DNA of 64,000 nucleotides, taken from contig BROI01000003.1 of NCBI GenBank assembly GCA_027923505.1, positions 930,001 to 994,000 on the forward strand, in the 5' to 3' direction. The stretch is from Mayamaea pseudoterrestris. Its lineage: Eukaryota. Both the position numbers and the translations under genes were made by a program. The notes beneath the pieces were generated by a model that made no database searches, was not told the DNA's origin, and saw nothing but the letters and a program-made list of their open reading frames with translations. This document shows positions 55,675-64,000 of the stretch, piece after piece. Numbering within the stretch: the first letter of the stretch is position 1; each line of letters starts with the position of its first letter.

Positions 55675-57531
55675 TTATTTCGCCATAACATCCAAAGAAT
55701 TTTTAGCTTCAGACATGGCCTCGACAAATGATATCGCAGCTTCATTTTGAAATTTCCACTTGTGATGCCAAGGACACCATCCTTCGGGCCAGCCGACATG
55801 ACCACCACGTTGCGTTAATAGCAAGACGAGGTATCCATCACCCATACGAACGAGCGAATCGGGACGCATGAATCCTTCATTGCTAACAATCGTTCTGAAC
55901 GTAGATATAGGATCGTCAAACGCTTGTAGTACGCATAATGGGATCGCCAACTCTGTGACCCGTGGTCGGACACTGAGAATTTCGAAAGACGACTCGCGAT
56001 GTTCCCAAGGAACATCACCAAGGGCTCCAGACTCCGAGTAATAGTGCATTAGGTCTTGATAACCGTTGTACGCAACCGCGGCGTATTGATCTGCTTCAAC
56101 AACATTCTTGGCGCGAAGTAGAGCAAGCATATCATCCCTAGACAACCGGTGCGCGAGTCGGTTTGCCCATTTTGCAGCCAGCTGCGAAAATCGAGTCAAG
56201 TCACCAACCATTGGAAGCCAAAGTCGCTTAGCCCGCTCATTGAAAGCCTCATGACGACAGTCCATAGCCCCTGATACAGAAAACCCAACATCCAGAGCGC
56301 ACGAGTTACCGTAAGAGACTGCATAGTTGTTCAGAACAATCGCTCCCATGGAATATCCCACGCCTCCCAAGATTTGACCGTCTTTAAGAACATGCGCTCG
56401 AAGATATGTCGCAGCCTCATGAACGTCTGTGAGCCTTGCTGCGTGAAATATGTTCCAACCTCGAATGGGTAAATCCATGAGACCCCTGGAAACCATGACA
56501 ACAACAGTTGAGCCGCGATGGGTGGCTCGATGAACAAAATCTTTGACATATTCCTCGTTAGAGCCGCCGTTTATACCGTGTAGTATAAGGTAAAGAGGCG
56601 GAGGCACCGCACTACAATGTGCATCACTGCAAGTCGCTCGCAGAGATTCATCCACGGAGAAGTAAATGTCCAGAGCCAAAACCTCGCCATCGGAAACATC
56701 TAAAAAGACCCTCGTTGACGGTAAACCGTCCACTGATTGCGAGTAGAGGAAAAAGGGTAAACCCGTTCGAGCATCACCAGTCAACATCCATGGCGTTGGA
56801 TTAGAATAAGTGTAATTGTCCGGCGGCCAAACATGCACCAAGCGATCAATCAGTGTGTTATTGGGATTGTAGTACAAGCCAGCCGAAACGCGAATGTCAA
56901 CATCGTCTGGGTTCCCAAAATAAAAGTGTCCTCGATGAAAGCAAAGGGAAACAGCAAGTGTCGCAACAAAGCCCAACATCCAGCGCGTCCTTTCCAGTTC
57001 GTATTGGAAACACAAGCGCAGCGACATGATCATTGCAGCAAGGAACATTGTGCATCCATACAATGGTCCGAATTCGAGAACATACATGGAATCCGTCATC
57101 AAAACAAGTGCAAACGAAGCCGTTGATATGATCGTAAATGACAAGTGCCCTCTGCTCGTCCGTGTCTTGTTATCTTCAGCAAGTAAAGCATTAACATTAT
57201 ATTTGAGGAGCAAGCAGACACCCAGTGGTGCGAGAAATCCAGCCAAGAGTCGAAACCACAAATCAGCAAACGACGCAAGGACCGGAAGGCGCATGTGCAA
57301 GTATGTGATCCATGCTTCCACTCGCGATTCATGTAAGTCTTCTAGTAGTGATCCCATGGGCGGCACATCGACGAGTGTAAAGTTAAAATCGTCAGCGCAG
57401 AATGGATGCATCCTTGGAAGATCCAAGGCTTGCAGAAAGGACTGCGCGGTATGACTCAGCGATTCCGTCGGCCGGTCCTTGATGTTGCGCTCCATGGCGG
57501 AGCAAAAGTCCTCGATGGAAAACAAGGGCAT
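55675..57531 (-). CDS. ABHD1/3-YheT-like alpha/beta hydrolase with N-terminal TM region (paralogue A)
   Basis: LHGINGGSNEEYV, GYSMG, AFDDP, GGHVGWP. Confidence 0.85.
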   Translation of the reverse strand: MPLFSIEDFCSAMERNIKDRPTESLSHTAQSFLQALDLPRMHPFCADDFNFTLVDVPPMGSLLEDLHESRVEAWITYLHMRLPVLASFADLWFRLLAGFLAPLGVCLLLKYNVNALLAEDNKTRTSRGHLSFTIISTASFALVLMTDSMYVLEFGPLYGCTMFLAAMIMSLRLCFQYELERTRWMLGFVATLAVSLCFHRGHFYFGNPDDVDIRVSAGLYYNPNNTLIDRLVHVWPPDNYTYSNPTPWMLTGDARTGLPFFLYSQSVDGLPSTRVFLDVSDGEVLALDIYFSVDESLRATCSDAHCSAVPPPLYLILHGINGGSNEEYVKDFVHRATHRGSTVVVMVSRGLMDLPIRGWNIFHAARLTDVHEAATYLRAHVLKDGQILGGVGYSMGAIVLNNYAVSYGNSCALDVGFSVSGAMDCRHEAFNERAKRLWLPMVGDLTRFSQLAAKWANRLAHRLSRDDMLALLRAKNVVEADQYAAVAYNGYQDLMHYYSESGALGDVPWEHRESSFEILSVRPRVTELAIPLCVLQAFDDPISTFRTIVSNEGFMRPDSLVRMGDGYLVLLLTQRGGHVGWPEGWCPWHHKWKFQNEAAISFVEAMSEAKNSLDVMAK

Positions 57532-58150
57532 CGTAGTGTAGTGCTGCTGGCCGCTTGAGATCTGAAGTCTGAAGAGCACGCAATCCCAAACAATCAAAGC
57601 AAGCAGTCAATTGAGGATATTATTCGACAAGCAAACTACCTTACGTTGTGCAAGCCTTCATCTTTTATATAATATATGGAGAGGGAAAATGGAGAACTCC
57701 TCGTTCGTCGAAGCGAACCAGAGATCCGCGAATCGCCGTTCGCTGCTTGCAACGCCGAGGTTCGCAGAGTCGTTCGAAAGAAGATCTCAATCTCCCATTT
57801 TTGCTGCTCAGTAGAGAATGGAATTACAAGGGCAATTAAGATTGTCCAGGAATAGCAAAGACGAGTTGATCAGATCATCATGGTCCCACGGAACGATCGC
57901 GTCAACTTTGGAGATGGTGAGTGAGCTTCTAAAACCGCTACGACATACTGGGCTGATTTTGATTGGCTTAGCGATACACACTAAGACACCATTGAAACCG
58001 CGAAAGCGCGCCATGACGACGCGAGGCTCTTTTTCGTGATGAATTCGACCATGGCCGGAAACATGCATGTACGCCTGTAAAGTCTCAACCCCCGCCCTTG
58101 GAGCATAAAGCATTTACGAAACCATCAACTTCTCGAATAGAAATTCAAGC

Positions 58151-60010
58151 ATGTCTGACTGGAGCATCGAGACTTGGTGTGCAAGTCAACAACCTTCCGA
58201 TATTGGCTCACTCGATGCATCGGCACAATCGTTCTTGGGTCAGCTAAATCTCGACGCCATTCATCCATTTTGTAAAGATACTTCATTTTACTATGTGGAA
58301 GGTGTTCCACCACAAGGTCCACTCTTGAGTCACGAGCATTTGGAGACAACGCTGGATGTCGCGCTGACAACCTTTTTTCGAGTCTGTCCTCCCTTGCTGG
58401 CCATGGTCGAGCTATGGCTGCGGCTCTTTGCGTTTGTCTGTGCGCCTCTTGGTTTGGCGCGCTTGTCATGGGAGATTTTGGGCGAAAAAACTTCGAAGCA
58501 GGATGGTCCAAGGCATATTCGCGTAGCTACGCTACTCGTTGCGTTGTTGACGCTTGCCTCATCGGTGGTGTTAACTACAGATGACCTTTATCGACTTGAA
58601 TTTGAAACTTATTATGGATTAAACATGCTCATCCTATCGGTTATTTTGGTCATAAGGCTGGCTGTCATGTATCGTCGACGACTATTGGTCATTGCTACGC
58701 TTGGATCTGTGGCATTGACAATGTACATGTTGTTCGATGCCACTCAAGGCACCTTCATGACGCTGCACCACGCTCTTCCGCAATTCAACGAAGGGTTATA
58801 CTATGACGAGTCCAATACATTTGCTCAGCGCGTCCAAGAAAACTGGCTAGAAGCGACTCGGAGCTACCTTCCGCCAAAAGCGACAGTGTGGATGCCGACT
58901 GGTGATTCGCGAACGGGTCTTCCATTCCTTTTGAACCATGTGGACAGTCCCTCCTGGACTCGCGTCTGGTTATCCATTTCGGACGATGACGAAGTCGTGG
59001 CAATCGATATTCACTTTCCAAACGGCCGGCACGACACTATTCAGCCTCTTTTTCTTGTCTTGCATGGACTGAATGGTGGCTCGCAGGAAGAGTACGTCAA
59101 GGACTTCACACATCGCCAAGCCATGGAGAATGCGACGGTTGCTGTCATGGTCGCTCGTGGACTCATGGACCTTCCGGTGCGAGGGATGAACCTCTTTCAT
59201 GGCGCGCGGTGGACGGATGTGCACGTTGCTGCGACAGCCCTACGAAAGGGCTTGGTTGAAAAACAATTGCTTGCCGGCGTCGGCTACTCCATGGGTGGAA
59301 TCATCTTGCCAAACTATGTGGCTAGGTCGGGAGCGGACTGCGCACTGGACGTGGCTGTATCCGTGTCGGGTGGCTTGGATATGCGATACGAAACAAACTT
59401 TTCGCGGGCGCAGCGCCTGTGGCAACCAATTCTCACGCAGGAGCTACGTGAGAAATTTGTCGTTGGCAAATGGGGCGAGCGTACAAAGGCGAGGCTGACT
59501 ACGCAACAAATGAAATACATGATGCGGGCTTACCATATCTCCGAGATCGACGAAACAGCGGTGGTTGCTTATAACGGATTTCGCAACCTCGACCATTACG
59601 TGAGTTCTTTTTGTTGCTTTACTTGTTCATTCGTCGTGGCATCTCACTTACTCTGGCATTGTTAGTATTCAGAGATGTCTGCATTTGGCGATATTCCCGC
59701 CAAAAGTCACAATGCATCCGTGGCGACTGTGGGGCGAATCGATGGCGTGTCAATTCCCCTGCTAGTGATACATGCACTGGATGATCCCTTAATAACTTGG
59801 CAGACGGTTGCATCCAATTATGGCCAACTCCACCCTAAAGCATTGACAGCACGAGCTCACGGCAACATATTTCTTCTGCTCACTAAACGTGGAGGGCACG
59901 TTGGCTGGCCCATGGGCTCGTTTCCTTGGGTTCACAACTGGAAATGGATGAATGATAACGCGGCATCGTTCGTCTACGCCGTTCAGCAAGCCAAAGAGGA
60001 GGTTGATTAA
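58151..60010 (+). CDS. ABHD1/3-YheT-like alpha/beta hydrolase (paralogue B), intron 59600-59665
   Basis: LHGLNGGSQEEYV, GYSMG, ALDDP, GGHVGWP; splicing restores LDHY|YSEM. Confidence 0.85.
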
Positions 60011-60102
60011 TAGCTACGTATGTATATTAAAATATTTATCTTATATACGAGCCGTCATACAAATGTTTCTTCAAGGGGCATGCACGTGCCTACCGGTACC
60101 GC

Positions 60103-61401
60103 TTACGGTATTGGCGAGCGGAGGTTCCATTCCAACCCGCGCTCGACAGTTTTGATTTTATCATAGCGCAGCGACAACATAATAATTGCTTTTCCAATTT
60201 CTTGAATTGACTGCACGTCAGGAAAGCCTGACATGGACTTAAAAATGGAAGCCAATCCATTTTCCATCCATAGCAACAACCAGCATGTGGATTTGCACCG
60301 AAAGGGACAAGCCGTAAGATGCCACAACGCACCCAAACTGGTGTAGACAACGTCACGCGCCAGCGATACGCCTTTCTTTTGTAGGGCAGTTTCAAGAACA
60401 AACACAATGCTTCGCAAAACCGTAAGAGTATCAGCTTCAAGTACGTTACGTAGGGCCGGGCCCGAAGGATGATAAAACTTGCCACCATTTTCTACATCAA
60501 CGCCGTTAAAGTCGTCAGGGACACAATCAAAAGTAAGCTTAATCCCCGCGACAATAGCCACCAAAGCAGCTTGTTGAACAAGCATAGAATCGCTCCATAT
60601 ACTAGGCTCGCACAGCAACGAGGAAATGCGAACAATCCCTGACTGCGTGAAAATTCCACTTCCGTAAAATAACAACTGCGTCCGCTCAAGTTTATTGACA
60701 ATCTCATCCACCGAAAGGCTCTTGTCGTGATATGCAAAAACCGAAATGTTTGTCAAGCAGTCGGCGACTTCAATCTCGTCAGTGGAGGTCAGGGCCTTAG
60801 TCAAGAGCGCAGTAATCGTAGGTCGACTCACAACAGGCGATGGACTTAAAAGCAAAGCCGACTTTAATGGACGGCAAAACTTCCGCGAATTGAAATTCAC
60901 ACGTCGGTTTGAAAGCTGAAGAGATTGCTGACAGTGATTATTCGGTTGCAAGGGTGTTACATTTAGTAGTGTCGAGCGAGGTGTCACAGCAGTTGTCTTC
61001 TGCTTTGTTGTTGAACGCTTCTGTCTAGCGCCGGTAACTCCAAAATCCAAAGTTTCGGGACTCTTCATCTGATCGCTCTTTCGAGAATCGTTTCCTCTCA
61101 AGGATCGATCACGACTCATGTCGGAAGTATGAGACATTGCTGCTGCATCCGAGCGCTTATCGCTTGTTTCAACTTCAAATTCGCCTTGGAAGCGGCGGCG
61201 AGCGTCGGTATGCTCTTTCAAGAAACTCTTCAACAACGGCGACATCATTAATGTATTTCCATCTAAGCTATCAGAAGGCGAGACGAAAATCTCAGGGTGT
61301 TTATTGTATCGAGGCAGATGGCAAGGCATCTTGGAATCAGCATCGTTTAGTATATTATTCAGATCCGACGCAGCCCGCTTGAATGGAGATGGACGAGACA
61401 T
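60103..61401 (-). CDS. Uncharacterised protein; disordered N-half, helical (ARM-like?) C-half
   Basis: 432-aa ATG-initiated ORF filling the gap between genes; no firm motif. Confidence 0.55.
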   Translation of the reverse strand: MSRPSPFKRAASDLNNILNDADSKMPCHLPRYNKHPEIFVSPSDSLDGNTLMMSPLLKSFLKEHTDARRRFQGEFEVETSDKRSDAAAMSHTSDMSRDRSLRGNDSRKSDQMKSPETLDFGVTGARQKRSTTKQKTTAVTPRSTLLNVTPLQPNNHCQQSLQLSNRRVNFNSRKFCRPLKSALLLSPSPVVSRPTITALLTKALTSTDEIEVADCLTNISVFAYHDKSLSVDEIVNKLERTQLLFYGSGIFTQSGIVRISSLLCEPSIWSDSMLVQQAALVAIVAGIKLTFDCVPDDFNGVDVENGGKFYHPSGPALRNVLEADTLTVLRSIVFVLETALQKKGVSLARDVVYTSLGALWHLTACPFRCKSTCWLLLWMENGLASIFKSMSGFPDVQSIQEIGKAIIMLSLRYDKIKTVERGLEWNLRSPIP

Positions 61402-61843
61402 TACTTAGACTCCAGAAACAGAAACAAATGACGTCGCAAATATATGGCCAGCTTATGATGCCCGAATAGTTGATGTTCGATAATTAGTACGTGCGCTGTT
61501 CCGGATGACGCTGCGGCAGCGCGGCAGCTGCGAGAGCAAAAAATAATGTAACCGATCTTGCGACAATCCGTTTCACAGTCGATGCAAATGCGACTGCGTT
61601 AGTTTTTGCCACTCTCGGTCACTCTTATAAAGTAATAAATTGATGCTCTAGCTCGAAGTGATCGTATAAATAATTGGAAGCGAAATCATGGTCGCAAGTC
61701 GCAATTGACGTCAAAGGTGTTTGCTGTGAAGGCGCAGCTCCGTTTTTCTCCAGTCCATGAACCGGTGCGACTTTTGCTACTTCATTGAACGCACGCGCTG
61801 CACCGGTCGAGAGCAACGAACAAAAGAGTCTTAACAAGTATAT

Positions 61844-63502
61844 CTAGTATATTGCTTCACGCGGTATATCAGCGACCAGTTGCCTGCGTCGTTCGTTGCG
61901 TCGCCGACGTTGCGCGTTCAGCACCAGAATCAAGCAAAGCCGCGTAAGTGGCAACGCAAAAAAGAGCACCGCGTAGAAGCGAAGAATTGGCAAAAGATAT
62001 CCCTTCAAGAAACCGCCGAGAAAATTCTCTTCTTTCAGTTCCAGCATTCCACCTGGATCAAAAGACGGTCCGAGCATCATGACGCCGACAAGGTTAAGGG
62101 CGCCAAGGGCGACGCACTGCGAAAATAGATTGAACGGAAGATGCGTCAAGCGAAACAGCGATTCGGAAAGGTAACAAGGAAGCTCCAATGTTGATTTCGT
62201 TCGTCTCAACGAATCTTGTCGGTATAGAATCGATCGCCAGTCACTTTCGTCTTGCTCAGCAATAAACTCATGCGATCGTAACGCAACTTCAGATTCTGCC
62301 AAGAGCTCTGGGAAAGTAAAGGTTGCATCCTGCAAAGACGTTTTAGAACTTGAAGGTTGGCCATTGAAATGAGCCACGATGAGCAGCCCTTGTTCCGTGA
62401 TCCGTGCCGCGTCGCCCACATGGGCTGGCGGATAGTCTGCGTACGGACACAATTCGAGCAAAGTCACGCCAGTATTGCTGGACAGATGCTTGACGATATA
62501 CGCGGCCCGCATATGCCATCGTTCCACTGGTGTCGGGCCCGGCTGGAACGGAGAAGGACCAAACAAGAATTCAACTGCCACTGAAAGAAGACCTCGATGT
62601 TCCGCCGAAACGTCGGATGTCGTCCTGACTATGGCTTCATCGGAATCGCTGCGTCGAACGAGGCTTACGCCCTCTACGCCATATGCGCTGTCATGTATAG
62701 CGACGGATCGCCCACCCCATCCTCGAAAAGCTCTTTGTCGCCGTCTTGAAAGCTGACTGACGCGCAACCAATAAAAAGCATTCATCGGATTGCCGCAACA
62801 AACCGACAGGCACAAGGATGTGTCGTAGGCCATCTCTCTGTAGAAACTGCCTTCTCCTCCATCATCGGGCCCGAATAGAGCAAAACACCACAACAGCTGT
62901 CGCATAGTATATAGGAGTGTTTGGATCTGACGCATTACGCGCTGGGCGCCATTGTTACTGTTTCCACTTCGACCAAGCGCAATCAATGCCGCAACTAGCC
63001 CAGCAATTGCAGCAATGCACAGAATCAAGAGCGAAAGAATCAAGCCAAATGCAGTCACTATCTGAACGACTCGAAGAGCCACATATCCAATTCGAACCAA
63101 AGCTTCGCGAATACTTTCTGCTCGCCGCGCCCTCATGGCGCGCTTTGCAAAATCATGTGGAAAGTAAAATACCATTACTGGTTGAGGACTCTTTGGCAAG
63201 GATTCAAACTCAAACCATGCCCCATGCTCTCCTCCTCCAACGGCTGTTAGTAAACCACAAAGTTCAGCGCAGGCGTCTTCAACTGATATGCCAAGATCTG
63301 CGGCCAAGCGAGCGGGCCGAATGATGAACGCGTTATCATTCGTCTTTTCCTTACAAGATTGAACGACTTCAATGACTCGTTTGTCGAGAGGACGAGGGAT
63401 ATTCAATTCATCATTTGAAGCAAGATCACTGTCTTTGTTTTCAGTAAAATCATCGTTTCGATCAATCGATAGTGACGCCACGCGACTGATGGCCATCGCC
63501 AT
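61844..63502 (-). CDS. Membrane protein resembling the plant At5g03900/cyanobacterial conserved family
   Basis: LAADLGISVEDA..L, VFYFP, TM block, EFLFG..ERW, ELCPYAD, HFNGQP, FTFPEL; recognised from memory. Confidence 0.55.
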   Translation of the reverse strand: MAMAISRVASLSIDRNDDFTENKDSDLASNDELNIPRPLDKRVIEVVQSCKEKTNDNAFIIRPARLAADLGISVEDACAELCGLLTAVGGGEHGAWFEFESLPKSPQPVMVFYFPHDFAKRAMRARRAESIREALVRIGYVALRVVQIVTAFGLILSLLILCIAAIAGLVAALIALGRSGNSNNGAQRVMRQIQTLLYTMRQLLWCFALFGPDDGGEGSFYREMAYDTSLCLSVCCGNPMNAFYWLRVSQLSRRRQRAFRGWGGRSVAIHDSAYGVEGVSLVRRSDSDEAIVRTTSDVSAEHRGLLSVAVEFLFGPSPFQPGPTPVERWHMRAAYIVKHLSSNTGVTLLELCPYADYPPAHVGDAARITEQGLLIVAHFNGQPSSSKTSLQDATFTFPELLAESEVALRSHEFIAEQDESDWRSILYRQDSLRRTKSTLELPCYLSESLFRLTHLPFNLFSQCVALGALNLVGVMMLGPSFDPGGMLELKEENFLGGFLKGYLLPILRFYAVLFFALPLTRLCLILVLNAQRRRRNERRRQLVADIPREAIY

Positions 63503-63729
63503 GGTGAGAATCTGGAAACGGAGATCGATGCGGCGCGTTCATCTATTTAGTACCGATACGACTGATATTCAATGAGAACACGTCATCAAGGCTTAAATAC
63601 TGATACTGAAAACGTGACTGTTACTCATAGCCCAAACTCAAGACCATGGGAGGCGACTGTGAATCTCAAGTGCCAATGAACTCGACGAAAGCGCGACTCT
63701 GCTGCACTGGTCGTCCATTAAGGTAAAGC

Positions 63730-64000
63730 ATGATCCCACACTTTGCAAAGCATTCTCACGCGAAGAAAGCGACGGCAGCTGTTGCATCATGCTTGGTCGC
63801 GAGTACGACATCGCGCGACACCGACGTTCGCGTGGAGGAACATGGAGCAGTCCGTCGATCGACCTCGACCACTACCACTACTTGTCGTTGTGACGAGGCG
63901 CCAACGAAGCATCAGACTTTCCATGACCGTTGTCCAAAGACGCAGACTTTACCGAAAGTACCATACCCAGCTTGGGAATATGACTGGGATGGTCGCTTGA
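63730..64000 (+). CDS. PGAM5: 5' part of a PGAM5-like mitochondrial phosphatase (runs off window)
   Basis: Open frame from ATG 63730: MIPHFAKHSHAKKATAAVASCLV...KVPYPAWEYDWDGRL; WEYDWD resembles the PGAM5 WDxNWD motif. Confidence 0.55.
   Translation, partial: MIPHFAKHSHAKKATAAVASCLVASTTSRDTDVRVEEHGAVRRSTSTTTTTCRCDEAPTKHQTFHDRCPKTQTLPKVPYPAWEYDWDGRL

Noticed and set aside
57690..57790. tRNA-like GTTCG motifs
   Set aside because: No cloverleaf could be folded; possibly promoter motifs only

Overview
A gene-dense eukaryotic nuclear window, almost certainly from a diatom. Evidence: short GT-AG introns of about 65-145 nt, ASAFAP-type bipartite plastid presequences (ZDS, Psb27, others) and a diatom-type Cys/His protein. 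The species cannot be fixed from sequence alone. It holds about 31 protein genes. RNA processing: NOP2, RTCA, PRORP, DNAJC17-like, LSM11-like, cap N7-methyltransferase. Plastid: ZDS, Psb27, NSF-like AAA, several unknowns. Glycan/sugar: GDP-mannose transporter, GT23-like, sulfotransferase, NRS/ER, FGGY kinase, sterol glucosyltransferase. There are two local paralogue pairs (oligopeptidase A; ABHD/YheT hydrolases), plus PFKFB, SKP1, a GRIP golgin and the 5' end of a PGAM5-like gene absent from the ORF track. Three tandem-repeat systems occur: a 42-bp array, a 52-bp core-plus-variable family in two divergent promoters, and an ~175-bp satellite with CpG decay, a 3-unit higher-order pattern and flanking degenerate direct repeats. 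Most worth following up: a stand-alone NRPS-like adenylation-thiolation-ankyrin protein, an LSM11-like (U7 snRNP-type) gene, the 52-bp repeat family, the bracketed satellite, a lipoyl-fold protein lacking its lysine, and a carrier protein with an apparent thylakoid-type presequence. All family assignments come from motif recognition by eye; no searches were run. Exon boundaries are inferred from splice signals and frame continuity.
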